Shown here: piece by piece, positions 46,447-56,208 of the stretch
Numbering within the stretch: position 1 is the first letter of the stretch
Layout: every line of letters begins with the position of its first letter
DNA from: Anaerolineae bacterium
GTDB lineage: Bacteria > Chloroflexota > Anaerolineae > Promineifilales > Promineifilaceae
Length of the DNA: 64,000 nucleotides
Direction of reading: 5' to 3'
Assembly (NCBI GenBank): GCA_034435495.1
Contig: DAOTXO010000066.1
Span: 12,436 to 76,435 of the forward strand
Program-made: the position numbers and the translations under genes
Notes under the pieces: model-generated
Told to the model about the DNA's origin: nothing
Database searches by the model: none
The model's input: the letters and a program-made list of their open reading frames with translations, nothing else

Positions 46447-48834
46447 TTAATCTGTCTGGGTCACCAGGCGGGCGATAGTCACCCCCTCTCCCCCTTCACC
46501 ATCTTGGCCGATCTCCCAATCAATGACATAAGCATTGGTGTTCAGGGCGCGCTGCACCGCTTCGCGCAGTCGTCCCGTGCCTTTGCCATGAATAATCCGC
46601 ACCCAGGGTAAATTGGAGAGCGCAGCGGCATCCAGGTATTGCTCCAACATTTGCAAACCTGTCTCCACGCGCTGGCCGCGCAGATCGAGTTCCAGACCCA
46701 CATGACGTGTGAGAGGAACGGGGCTGGGGGCGTACAGTTCTATCGGCTCCTCCTCTGACTGACGCAGTTCCAGATCCGCCACCCGCGCCCGCATGTGCAG
46801 CCGGCCGATGGCGATTTCGGCTTCCTGCCCCTCCAGCGCCATAACCACCCCTTCGGTGCGGATGCTTTTGACAAAGACGGCATCCCCCACCCGCAGCTGC
46901 GTCCGCTGGCGCTTGCGAAGCGGCGTCTCAGTCAGCACAGGAGCCGGCGCCGGGGTGATGGCGGCCGGGGGGGGCAATTCGTCCACATCGGGTAACTGTT
47001 GGCTCGTTTTTTTGAGGGCGGTCAAAGAAACAGCGTCGCGCAGCTGCTTGCGAGCGCGGCGAATCTCCTCGCGCACCATGTCCAACTCAGCCTGCGCCTG
47101 CTGGCGCGCCGCGGCCAGAATCGTTTCCCGCTCGTGTTCGATGGCCTTTAGCCGTGCTTCCAGGCCGACGCGCTGCGTCTCAGCGGCGCGCAATGCCAGG
47201 CGTATGGCAGCTTCGTCGGCAGCCATCTTGTCCCGAATTCCGTAGATAGAATCGAGCAGACGTTCCGCCTCGTGGCTGCCGGCCCCTATCAACCCCATCG
47301 CTTCGTCCAGAATACTTTCATCCAGGCCCAGCCGGCGGGCAATCGCCAGCGCATTGGATTTGCCGGGGATGCCGATCACCATCTCATAGGTGGGGGCCAG
47401 AGTCTCCAGATCAAAAAGTAGTGAAGCATTGGTGGCCCCCGGCGTTTTGGTGGCGTAGAGCTTCAACTCCGGGTAATGAGTGGCGATGAAGGTTGTCACC
47501 CCTTTATCGAGTAAATAGGAGGTGATCGCCTGGGCAATGGCCGCTCCCTCTGTGGGATCTGTTCCCGAACCCAGCTCATCCAGCACCACCAGCGAACGTT
47601 CATCGACCTGCTCCAGGATGTGGATGATGTTGGTGATATGGGCGGAGAAGGTAGATAAATTCTGCTCAATGGATTGTTCATCTCCGATGTCAGCAAAAAC
47701 CTGATCGAAGATCGTCAGGCGCGCTTCGTTGGCCGGGACGTGCAAACCAGACTGCGCCATCAGGGCGATGAGAGCGATGTTTTTGAGACTGACGGTTTTG
47801 CCACCAGTGTTGGGGCCGGTGATGAGAACGATGAAAATAGCTTCATCCAATAAAAAGTCTACCGGCACAACAATTTTGGGATCGAGTAGAGGATGGCGCG
47901 CCTGACGCACCCAAATGGTGGAGCCGGGATGAGGATGAGCGCCCTCACGCCAGGGCACGAAGATGGGTTCGACGCCGTCCAGCGCCATAGCGTAGCGCCC
48001 ACGAGCAAAGACCAGGTCCAGCTCGGCCAGTCGATCCACGATCCGGCGCAAAGCGTCGCTGTGCAACCCCACCTGGGAGGACAATTCGCTCAGAATGCGC
48101 TCGATCTCCTTTTGCTCCTGAATCTGCAAACTGCGATATTGATTGTTGAGTTCCACAGTGTGCAAAGGCTCCAGCCACAAGGTGGCCCCGCTGCCACTCT
48201 GGTCGTGGACGATGCCCTTGATGCTGCCTTTGCTTTCGGCGCGCACGGGAACAACGTACCGGCCGGCGCGCATGGTGATGATCGGCTCCTGGAGATGTTT
48301 TTGCATGGGGCTATTGAGTAGGGCCCGCAGTTTGTCGTGAATGCGCCCATGCACCACCTGCAATTCGCGGCGAATGGAAGCCAGTTTGGGGCTGGCGCTA
48401 TCCAGCACCTCCCCCCGTTCATCCAGGGTTTGGATGATGGCGGTAACCAGACCGGGGCGCTCCTCGATCAGGTCGGCAATAGCAGCCAGGTTGGGAGCGC
48501 GGTCTCTGGTTTTTAACACCTTGCGGCGCAATGCTTGAGAAGCCTGCAAGGTGGCGCTTACATCCAATAACTCGGCCGGCAGGAGAGTGAAACCGCGCGC
48601 CGCATTATCGACCGCCAGACGGATATCGCGCGCGCCGCCGACGTGCAGGTCCTGACCGTTTTCCATGAGCTGCCTGGCCTCGCTTGTTTCGGCCTGCCAG
48701 CGTCGGGCCTCAGTCAGATCGGTGGTGGGGTGCACCGCCAGGGCCAGCTCGCGGCCGGCGCTAAAACTGGTGTACTGGGCCAGCCGGGCCAGAATCTTGC
48801 TAAACTCTAGCATTTGCAGTGATTTGCTGTCCAT
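46447..48834 (-). CDS. mutS2: endonuclease MutS2 (MutS domains + C-terminal Smr)
   Basis: 795 aa. Walker A GPNTGGKT. C-terminal Smr (LDLRGQRVE...ALQ.LE.YLD.A......V.IIHGKGTG.LR). Confidence 0.9.
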   Translation of the reverse strand: MDSKSLQMLEFSKILARLAQYTSFSAGRELALAVHPTTDLTEARRWQAETSEARQLMENGQDLHVGGARDIRLAVDNAARGFTLLPAELLDVSATLQASQALRRKVLKTRDRAPNLAAIADLIEERPGLVTAIIQTLDERGEVLDSASPKLASIRRELQVVHGRIHDKLRALLNSPMQKHLQEPIITMRAGRYVVPVRAESKGSIKGIVHDQSGSGATLWLEPLHTVELNNQYRSLQIQEQKEIERILSELSSQVGLHSDALRRIVDRLAELDLVFARGRYAMALDGVEPIFVPWREGAHPHPGSTIWVRQARHPLLDPKIVVPVDFLLDEAIFIVLITGPNTGGKTVSLKNIALIALMAQSGLHVPANEARLTIFDQVFADIGDEQSIEQNLSTFSAHITNIIHILEQVDERSLVVLDELGSGTDPTEGAAIAQAITSYLLDKGVTTFIATHYPELKLYATKTPGATNASLLFDLETLAPTYEMVIGIPGKSNALAIARRLGLDESILDEAMGLIGAGSHEAERLLDSIYGIRDKMAADEAAIRLALRAAETQRVGLEARLKAIEHERETILAAARQQAQAELDMVREEIRRARKQLRDAVSLTALKKTSQQLPDVDELPPPAAITPAPAPVLTETPLRKRQRTQLRVGDAVFVKSIRTEGVVMALEGQEAEIAIGRLHMRARVADLELRQSEEEPIELYAPSPVPLTRHVGLELDLRGQRVETGLQMLEQYLDAAALSNLPWVRIIHGKGTGRLREAVQRALNTNAYVIDWEIGQDGEGGEGVTIARLVTQTD

Positions 48835-48994
48835 GACGTTCGACTTATACCATCCTATTTGTCCGCCGCCTCAACTGTCTGACTGCAACAGCTGTATGGG
48901 GCAGCTTTCTCCCCCTTAGTATAACGTACCGGCCGTCACAGGGGGAGGTTGGTAGCCTGAGCATTTTCAGTTAGAATGATCAGCCGGAACAGAC

Positions 48995-50245
48995 ATGAAC
49001 CAGCAACTGCCTATTCTGGCATTTCAACAGGTCAGCAAGCGTTTCATCTTCACGCCTGACCGCCCACAAACGGTCTTGGAGTCCATCATCTCTCGTTTTC
49101 GCCGGGGAGGGAGGCCAACCGAAGCGTTATGGGCGGTGCGGGATGTCACCTTTACCATCGCCCCCGGCCAGAGCGTAGGGTTCATTGGGCGCAATGGCAG
49201 CGGCAAAAGCACGCTGTTGAAACTGGCGACGCGCATCATTCGCCCCACTCTGGGCGAGATAACAGCGCGGGGGCGGATTGGGGCGCTGTTGGAGTTGGGG
49301 GCTGGCTTCCATCCTGACTTGACCGGCCGGGAGAACATCTTTCTCAACGGTTCAGTGTTAGGTTTGAGCCGGCCGGAAATCGCTCGCCAGTATGAAGCTA
49401 TTGTTGATTTCTCTGAACTGGCGGATTTCATCGATATGCCGGTTAAACATTACTCCTCCGGCATGTACATGCGGCTGGGATTCAGTGTGGCTGTCCACAC
49501 CGCACCTGACATCTTGCTGGTGGACGAGATTCTGGCGGTGGGCGATCAAGCTTTTCAGGAAAAATGTGTCCAGCGTATCCACGAGTTAAAACGCGCCGGG
49601 GTGACCATTATCATCGTCAGCCACCACCTGGCGCTGTTGCAAGATTTGTGTGAGGAGCTGATCTGGATGGAACAGGGGCGCATTCGCGAACGCGGCGCGA
49701 CCGACCACATCATCGCCCGCTATGTCGACCAGATGCGTCGTTCCAGTCCCGGCGTTGGGGCGATCAGTTCGACCGGGCCTTTTCGCCGTTGGGGCAGCCA
49801 GGAAGTTCAAATTACCGCCGTCCGTATACTCAATCAACAGGGCGCAGAGCAACTGCTTTTCCAAACGGGCGAAGCACTGTGCATTGAGATCGCCTTTGCG
49901 GCGCACCAACCCGTTTACAACCCAGAAATAGGGCTTTCTATTTATCGCGAAGATGGCCTACAAATCAACGCGCCCAACTCACGTCTGGCCGGCCTGTCTC
50001 TCGGCTGGGTTGTAGGCAGCGGACTGATCCGCTATCATATCGCAGCGTTACCTTTGCTACCCGCCACTTATCTCGTAACAGCTGCCATTCACAATGCCCA
50101 TCAGACGCTAGTTTACGATATACATGAGCGGGCCTATCCATTTCGCGTTGAACCCAGCGGCTCACGGGAGACGGAAGGGGTTCTGGCGCTGCCAGCGACC
50201 TGGGAATGGGCGCCCCCGTCTCCGCCGGCAACACCTCCAGCCTGA
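48995..50245 (+). CDS. Wzt/TagH/KpsT-type ABC transporter ATP-binding protein with C-terminal Wzt_C-like glycan-binding domain; no permease gene adjacent
   Basis: Walker A GRNGSGKST; signature YSSGM; Walker B ILLVDE. Extra ~160-aa beta-rich C-terminal domain. Confidence 0.8.
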   Translation: MNQQLPILAFQQVSKRFIFTPDRPQTVLESIISRFRRGGRPTEALWAVRDVTFTIAPGQSVGFIGRNGSGKSTLLKLATRIIRPTLGEITARGRIGALLELGAGFHPDLTGRENIFLNGSVLGLSRPEIARQYEAIVDFSELADFIDMPVKHYSSGMYMRLGFSVAVHTAPDILLVDEILAVGDQAFQEKCVQRIHELKRAGVTIIIVSHHLALLQDLCEELIWMEQGRIRERGATDHIIARYVDQMRRSSPGVGAISSTGPFRRWGSQEVQITAVRILNQQGAEQLLFQTGEALCIEIAFAAHQPVYNPEIGLSIYREDGLQINAPNSRLAGLSLGWVVGSGLIRYHIAALPLLPATYLVTAAIHNAHQTLVYDIHERAYPFRVEPSGSRETEGVLALPATWEWAPPSPPATPPA

Positions 50246-50442
50246 GCCGACGAATTAAAGGCTGCATTAAAGGTCAGAAAGCAAACCTGCACAAAAACCA
50301 TAACCGGCTTAGAATTCAAACTTCGTAAGGTGGCTCGTTATGAGCGTCGACGCTGACGGGAGTCAAAGAGTTCGCATCCAAAGCGGCGCTATCCATTGAG
50401 TGGTCAACGGGGAGGGATACCTTTATCATCAACAGGTTTTCT

Positions 50443-52116
50443 ATGCAAGTTGCCATGCGCAAACGACAACATGCTGTTTATCTTGCTGGTCTGGCGCTTC
50501 TGCTAATAGTAGGAGCCGTTCTCAATCATGTGACCCATAGGCCTATTGCCACCGCTGAAGAGCGCCCTCTGGCCAACACGCCAAATCGGCCGGGCCTCCT
50601 CTCCAGCCTGGCCTCGCAACCTGTAGCGCCCGATGGGCTGGTCGCCAACACGAACACCTTAGACCTCAATTGCCGCTATGGCGCCGCTGCCTCTGGCTCC
50701 AGTCGCTATTGGTTGGAAGTTATTGGGGCGGGCTGGCATGTCAACTTTACGACCAGCGGTAATTTCTTCAATGGCTCCGATTTTGTGCGCGTCATTCGCA
50801 CCAAGCAAAACAAAGATGCCAATGGCAACTATTTGCCCGGCTACATCCTGGAACCAGACGCGGACACCCTGCGCGCTGCTGTCAATTCGGCTCCTGGCTC
50901 TCTGTGGCTGGTGGGGAATGAGATTGAGCGCATCGGCCAGGACGAGATTTTCCCCGACACTTACGCCGAAGCATACCACGAAGTGTATCACCTGATTAAG
51001 GAAGAAGACCCCTCGGCTCGCGTGGCGATTTCCGCCCTGGTGCAGGTGACGCCTAACCGACTGCGTTACCTCGATATGGTGTGGGAGGCGTACAGCCAGA
51101 AATATAACCGCGCCATGCCGGTAGATGTCTGGAACGCCCACATCTACATTCTGCCAGAGGTCTTTCCCGACGGTCAGCCCAACGATATTGCCAGCACAGC
51201 CTTAGGCGTCACCGACCTATCGGACGTCTATTATGAAAGCGATAACAATTCGGCTCTGTGCGGCAACCCGGATAACAACACATTTTGCTGGGCCGACCAC
51301 GACAACATTGAGATGTTTGCTAACCAGGTGGTGCTGATGCGTCAATGGATGAAGGATCACGGGCAACAGGATAAACCATTGATCATCTCTGAGTATGGCA
51401 TTCTCTACGTCAATGAGTGGCCGGATGGTAACGGCTGTTTTGAGGATGAGTTCGGTAACTGCTTCACCCCAGAACGGGTCAACAACTACATCACCGAAAC
51501 TTTCAACTATTTTGAGACGACCACCAGCACCACCCTGGGTTACCCCGCCGACAACTATCGCCTGGTACAACAGTGGTTATGGTTTTCTATGTGGTCATCA
51601 GGGGTGGGCACGGCCAGCAATTTGTTGGAGGATGATTTTCTGAATTACGCCAACGGCGATCCTCAAGCTTTGACCCTCATGGGCGATATGTACCAGGATG
51701 AGGTGGCAGCGCGTGGCGATTTGACATCGAATCTACTGGTGGACAAAGCGCTGGGGGCTTCTGCTTTTCGGGATGAGGTCACGGGTGAGGCGACCGTAGA
51801 GTTGGTGGCGCGGATTCGCAATAATGGCACCGGCCGCATTCTCACACCGATTACCGTTACCTTTTACAGCAATGCCGGTCTGACCCAGGTCATTGGTTCC
51901 ACGACCATAGCACCGGCGATCCTGGGCTGCACGGCGGCCGACTACGAGGCTTCTGTTTCCTGGACACGCAGCACGCCGGGGGCGCATAAATATTGGGTCA
52001 AGGTGGATAGCGATAACACCGTTGTCGAAACCAATGAGGCGGACAATCTTAAACAAGGAACGGTGTTGATCGATCCCGTGCGCGCTTACCTGCCCAGCGC
52101 TCCTTCCAGGCATTAA
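50443..52116 (+). CDS. secreted protein: glycoside-hydrolase clan-A-like TIM-barrel domain + C-terminal CARDB-like domain
   Basis: Signal/TM (AVYLAGLALLLIVGAVL). Candidate catalytic pair LVGNEIE (acid/base) and LIISEYGI (nucleophile). C-terminal ATVELVARIRNNGTG...YWVKVDSDNTVVETNEADN resembles CARDB. Confidence 0.5.
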   Translation: MQVAMRKRQHAVYLAGLALLLIVGAVLNHVTHRPIATAEERPLANTPNRPGLLSSLASQPVAPDGLVANTNTLDLNCRYGAAASGSSRYWLEVIGAGWHVNFTTSGNFFNGSDFVRVIRTKQNKDANGNYLPGYILEPDADTLRAAVNSAPGSLWLVGNEIERIGQDEIFPDTYAEAYHEVYHLIKEEDPSARVAISALVQVTPNRLRYLDMVWEAYSQKYNRAMPVDVWNAHIYILPEVFPDGQPNDIASTALGVTDLSDVYYESDNNSALCGNPDNNTFCWADHDNIEMFANQVVLMRQWMKDHGQQDKPLIISEYGILYVNEWPDGNGCFEDEFGNCFTPERVNNYITETFNYFETTTSTTLGYPADNYRLVQQWLWFSMWSSGVGTASNLLEDDFLNYANGDPQALTLMGDMYQDEVAARGDLTSNLLVDKALGASAFRDEVTGEATVELVARIRNNGTGRILTPITVTFYSNAGLTQVIGSTTIAPAILGCTAADYEASVSWTRSTPGAHKYWVKVDSDNTVVETNEADNLKQGTVLIDPVRAYLPSAPSRH

Positions 52117-52145
52117 AACACGACCGTCAACTATCGGTTGAGATG

Positions 52146-53738
52146 CTAGGCGCGCCAGATAAGCCAGAGGTGGGCCATCACGGTCAGCGCCACGGTTAAG
52201 CCAATGCCCACCGGCCGCGTCTTCAGGCGCTGTGGGGCCAGCCAATAGAGTGCGGCGATCAGCCCCACCCCCAAAACAGCGCCTGACAGAGCCGCCGCCT
52301 GCTCAACCGGCAGCTGCCCCTGTTGCCATTGATGAAAGGGCGAATCTTGGAACAGGAAATAATCGCCGGGCTGACGCCAGAGCTGAGAAGCGTAGAGCCC
52401 TATCTGCCGGCCGAACTCTCGCCAGGTTGTATCGACCCATTCAAAGGTGGGGGCCATGCTCACCACCTGTCCTCCAAGACGGAGCGCCAGGGCGTAGCGT
52501 AACAGTGTCCATTGATGCCAGGCCAGCAGGCTGCCAATCAACACGCCTAAAATGTTGGGACGGGGTAAACCGGCCAGAAAAGCGGCGTAGCCGATCCCCC
52601 AAATAACCAACTCGCTGGTGTAACGGCGCGGCCCGAAACCCCCGCCGCCAAACCAGTCGGGGGTGCTGGCATTGACATAGGTCTGCAAGGCAAGCATCAT
52701 GAGCAAGGGAAGGCCCAATACCGGCCGACGCCAGGCCAGGCGCCACAACCCCCACACAGCCAGCGCAGCCAGGGGCATCCAGGTGAAGAGGCCATGAAAG
52801 GTGGAAAAGAGGGCGGGGCGCAACCAGGCGGCATTCCAGACGATGAAGCTTTCACCCTGGGGAACGGTGATCCACGTTCCGTAAAAGAGACGCCATAAAC
52901 CCAACTGGACAGAGAAAAGCAGCCCGGCGCCGGCCAGAAGGGCACAAGCGTAGCTGACCCGGGCTGCGATTGTACGCCGCACCCCAGCGTACCAGACAAC
53001 AGACAGGAGCGGCAACGTCAGGTAGAGTAGATGTTGCCAGCGCACGAGAGCCGCCAGCCCGACGAGAGCACCCAGCAAGAAGCCCTGCCCAGGTGTAGGG
53101 GGGGTGGGTTGTTGAGCGTGAGCATACCAGACGACCACACACAGAGCCACAACCAGCGCCGAGGTGGTGTGGGAGTAATACGGTTCACGAAATTGATAGT
53201 GGATCAAAGGGGTGGCGAGGCCTAACGTCAGCGTCGCCAGAGTTGCCAGATGACGCCCGGCGACATCGGCCGCCAGACGCCAGACCAGGCCAAACGCCGC
53301 CAGACCGGCCAGAGCAGAGAGGGCGGCAGCGCCCAGGGTAAAAGGCCACTCATAAGCTGTTGGTTCAGGCCAGCCGAGAAAGGTAACGAGAAGTCGAACG
53401 GCAGCCAGCCAGGGGGTCCAGAGCAACGCTGTACCCGGCGCGAAAGGGTTTTGCACATAGCCGGTGGCGGTGAGAAGCAAATCGTAGCGCTTGTTGGCGA
53501 AGTCTTGGCCCGATGTGGGATAGGCCAGAACCAGATCGTTGGCTAAATGCCAATCGCCATCGAAAACCAGAGAGCGGGCGTAGGCGTAATAAAAAGCGCC
53601 GTCCCAATTGGGGGCGACGCGTGTGAACAACAACACCCACTGCACCACGAAAAGCGTGATCAACCAGAAGGCGGGCGACCAGCGTCGGCGACGCCCCGGC
53701 CGCGGCTCAGGGAGGTTGCCGCCTGTCGCCAGACTCAT
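52146..53738 (-). CDS. GT-C-fold membrane glycosyltransferase-like protein (family 39 / ArnT-PMT_2-like), putative
   Basis: 530 aa with more than 10 TM helices. First periplasmic loop has NWDGAFYYAYARS (DxxxY..AR-type motif). 4-bp overlap with the upstream DUF1684 gene. Confidence 0.45.
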   Translation of the reverse strand: MSLATGGNLPEPRPGRRRRWSPAFWLITLFVVQWVLLFTRVAPNWDGAFYYAYARSLVFDGDWHLANDLVLAYPTSGQDFANKRYDLLLTATGYVQNPFAPGTALLWTPWLAAVRLLVTFLGWPEPTAYEWPFTLGAAALSALAGLAAFGLVWRLAADVAGRHLATLATLTLGLATPLIHYQFREPYYSHTTSALVVALCVVVWYAHAQQPTPPTPGQGFLLGALVGLAALVRWQHLLYLTLPLLSVVWYAGVRRTIAARVSYACALLAGAGLLFSVQLGLWRLFYGTWITVPQGESFIVWNAAWLRPALFSTFHGLFTWMPLAALAVWGLWRLAWRRPVLGLPLLMMLALQTYVNASTPDWFGGGGFGPRRYTSELVIWGIGYAAFLAGLPRPNILGVLIGSLLAWHQWTLLRYALALRLGGQVVSMAPTFEWVDTTWREFGRQIGLYASQLWRQPGDYFLFQDSPFHQWQQGQLPVEQAAALSGAVLGVGLIAALYWLAPQRLKTRPVGIGLTVALTVMAHLWLIWRA

Positions 53739-54274
53739 GTTGCCTCTGGGAACTTCTTCTCACCAGCCTGGATGGCAACCTTCAACCAATTTTCACGCGG
53801 GGGCAAGGGGCAGCTGTAATAAGGGCTGTAGGCGCAGTAGGGGTTGTAGGCGTAGTTGAAGTCGAGGCGCAGGCTGTCCTCGCTTAAGCGCCACAAGCCG
53901 GGGCGATGGCTATCCATGTAGCGGCCGGCCCCATAGGTGGCGTCGTTGTTGGTGGCGTCTTTGAAAGGCAGAAAGAGATCGTCGCCGGCCGGCCCGCTGA
54001 AAATCACCAGACTGGCTTCCTCGCCATCCACCACGAAGTGAACTTCTCCCCAGCGACGATATTCAACGATGTCACTGGTGCTGGTCTGCATGGGGATCAG
54101 CGGGTCGTCGTCGGGGAAGCGGCTGATGGCCAGATCAAAGATAAAGCGGGTCTCCTCAGGATAGTAGCTCAAACCTTTGAACTTTTTGCGCGCCGCCCGG
54201 TCGAGCGGGGATTGGGGGTGGTGGCGCATAAACTGGTCAATTTCTTGCCGAAAGCGTTTGAGATCGTAACGCAT
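53735..54274 (-). CDS. DUF1684-family protein
   Basis: About 179 aa with conserved GAGRY / NYAYNPYCAY..Y.CP-type segments. Confidence 0.6.
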   Translation of the reverse strand: MRYDLKRFRQEIDQFMRHHPQSPLDRAARKKFKGLSYYPEETRFIFDLAISRFPDDDPLIPMQTSTSDIVEYRRWGEVHFVVDGEEASLVIFSGPAGDDLFLPFKDATNNDATYGAGRYMDSHRPGLWRLSEDSLRLDFNYAYNPYCAYSPYYSCPLPPRENWLKVAIQAGEKKFPEAT

Positions 54275-54289
54275 GAGGTTGCTCCCTGA

Positions 54290-55063
54290 TCAATTTTCCA
54301 ACAGGCTGTCGATGGTGGCGATCAACTGCGCCGGACTGGAGCTGGCAGCGACGCCATTGACAAAGAAGGATGGGGTCCCTTGCGCGCCGGCCAATTGCGC
54401 CTCGCGCAGTTCGTTGTTGACATAGGTTGTGTATTTACCGCCATCCAGACAGGCGTTGAAGGCGGTCATGTCCAGGCCTAACACAGCAGCATAGCTTTTC
54501 AAATCGCTATCGCTCAAGCTGCCGGGTTGCACCTGCTCGTACAAATAGTCGTGGTAAGGCCAAAACATCTCCTGGTCGGCCGCGCATTGGGCGGCCTCGG
54601 CGGCTTTGGGCGACTGACGGGTGATAACCGGGAAATGACGAAAGGTGAAGTTGATCTGATCGCCATATTGAGACTGAAGCTGTTCCCAAACACCGGCGTT
54701 GTGCCAGGAACGGCAGGCAGGACAACCGAAGTCGCCGAATTCGACAATTTGGATAGGGGCGTCGGCCGGTCCCAACGTATTGGGGGGAGCGTAATCGGCG
54801 CTCTCCTGGGCGATGGCCGGGGCCAGGCCAACAGAGGGCTGGCGTGTGAGATTGAGGAAGATGACCGCCGCCAGAGCCAGCAAGGCTATTATCCCTAGAA
54901 CGATGGTCAAGGTTTGCTTGCGGCGCTGTTCCTGGGCGTATTGGGTGCGCCTGTTTTTGGCGCTCATATTCGAGGCTAGTTTGCTCATTCTATAGCTCCT
55001 CATGGCTTGGACGGTTGGGGTGGAGACCGCCGCGCCCCCGGTTGGTTGCGTAAAAAAAGACAC
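54290..55063 (-). CDS. DsbA-family thiol:disulfide oxidoreductase, membrane-anchored
   Basis: N-terminal TM (LTIVLGIIALLALAAVIF). Thioredoxin CxxC motif (EFGDFGCPACRSWH). Confidence 0.75.
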   Translation of the reverse strand: MSFFTQPTGGAAVSTPTVQAMRSYRMSKLASNMSAKNRRTQYAQEQRRKQTLTIVLGIIALLALAAVIFLNLTRQPSVGLAPAIAQESADYAPPNTLGPADAPIQIVEFGDFGCPACRSWHNAGVWEQLQSQYGDQINFTFRHFPVITRQSPKAAEAAQCAADQEMFWPYHDYLYEQVQPGSLSDSDLKSYAAVLGLDMTAFNACLDGGKYTTYVNNELREAQLAGAQGTPSFFVNGVAASSSPAQLIATIDSLLEN

Positions 55064-55079
55064 CTGGCGGGTGTCTTAA

Positions 55080-55168
55080 GGCGGAGAGGGTGGGATTCGA
55101 ACCCACGGTGACCTACCGGCCACAACGCTTTTCGAGAGCGCCCCATTCAACCACTCTGGCACCTCTCC
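55080..55168 (-). tRNA. tRNA-Ser(CGA), long variable arm; CC of CCA encoded
   Basis: Minus-strand read GGAGAGG-TG-CCAGAGTGGTTGAATGG-GGCGCT CTCGAAA AGCGT-TGTGGCCGGTAGGTCACC-GTGGG TTCGAAT CCCAC-CCTCTCC-G-CC. Anticodon loop CU-CGA-AA; 7-bp acceptor stem. Confidence 0.85.
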
Positions 55169-55172
55169 TCAA

Positions 55173-55730
55173 TCAGATCGGAACATCGGACGACGCGCCA
55201 GGTTGGTTAACCTGGCGCAATTGCTGAAAAAACCGCTGCAAAAGGGCAATCGCATCTTCCGCTAACACGCCTTCAGTGATCTCCACCCGATGGTTAAATC
55301 GGGGGTCACGGAGAACCTGCACAATGGTTCCATCAGCCCCAAAACGCACATCTTTCGCCCCATACACCAGACGCGTGAGTCGGCTCTGCAACATTGCGCC
55401 GGCGCACATGGGGCACGGTTCCAGAGTACAATAGAGTGTCACCCCAAGCAACCGCCAGTTGCCCACCCAGGCGGCCGCCTGTTTCAACGCCAAAAGTTCA
55501 GCATGGGCGGTGGGGTCTCCATCCGTTTCTTTCCGGTTATACCCGGCACCGATAACCTGGTTGTTAAAGACCGCCACGGCGCCCACAGGGACCTCGCCGA
55601 AAGCAGCCGCCTGACGGGCCTGAGCCAGAGCCAGGTGCATCCACTGCACGTCTGGCAACATGGCGGGGCTGGTGGCTACAGGCCCATTATAGCCGGATTG
55701 CTCGCCCGGAACAATGGCCGGTTCAGCCAT
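55173..55730 (-). CDS. tadA: tRNA-specific adenosine deaminase TadA (CDA-fold)
   Basis: HAELLALKQAA...TLEPCPMCAGAM zinc-binding motifs. Start is uncertain: 55730 (translationally coupled to the upstream gene) or the internal MLPDVQW at 55661. Confidence 0.85.
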   Translation of the reverse strand: MAEPAIVPGEQSGYNGPVATSPAMLPDVQWMHLALAQARQAAAFGEVPVGAVAVFNNQVIGAGYNRKETDGDPTAHAELLALKQAAAWVGNWRLLGVTLYCTLEPCPMCAGAMLQSRLTRLVYGAKDVRFGADGTIVQVLRDPRFNHRVEITEGVLAEDAIALLQRFFQQLRQVNQPGASSDVPI

Positions 55731-56208
55731 GGTTGGTCACGCCTCGCCGGCCGGCCGCCAGGCGGACAAAATCGGGCAACCGGCCGGCCGCAATGAAAGC
55801 CAGCAAACTCTCCAGATCGGGCAAAATGAGGTCAGACGTAAAGCGAATAGCCCAATGGTGCTGCAAAGGCGTAACGGCCACAATGGCCGTGTTGTTTTGA
55901 TACGCCTGCCACATCTCCATCGCCGTGCCCATACTGGCTGTGGGCAGATAAGCGATCAACACATCTGCCTGTCCGGCGCGTTGGGTAAAGGTCAAAAAGG
56001 TGTGGCGCGCTTCTTCTTCGCCATAGGCGACACTGTTAGGGTTGAGCGCCCAGGGATCGGTGATCACCACATCAGGAATATGAGCGCGCAAGGCTGCCGT
56101 AATGTGCACCCGATATGTTTGCACCTCGATGCCACGGTCGAGGCGACTGCCTTGCATAACTCCGGCAATAAAAACGTGCATGTTATCTGCCTCTAACGCC
56201 GCCGCCAC
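55723..56208 (-). CDS. DNPH1/Rcl-like 2'-deoxynucleoside 5'-phosphate N-hydrolase (nucleoside 2-deoxyribosyltransferase superfamily)
   Basis: Aligns by eye with Rcl: VFIAGVMQGSRLDRG ~ VYFCGSIRGGRED; GQADVLIAYLPTASMGTAMEMWQAYQNNTAIVAV ~ QQADVVVAEVTQPSLGVGYELGRAVALGKPILCL, including the catalytic Glu. True start is probably the internal MHVF at 56181. Confidence 0.6.
   Translation of the reverse strand: MAAALEADNMHVFIAGVMQGSRLDRGIEVQTYRVHITAALRAHIPDVVITDPWALNPNSVAYGEEEARHTFLTFTQRAGQADVLIAYLPTASMGTAMEMWQAYQNNTAIVAVTPLQHHWAIRFTSDLILPDLESLLAFIAAGRLPDFVRLAAGRRGVTNHG

Noticed and set aside
55080-55168. tRNA-Ser as a possible integration site for a genomic island or prophage
   Set aside because: No integrase, direct repeat of the tRNA 3' end, or phage-like genes on either side within the window.
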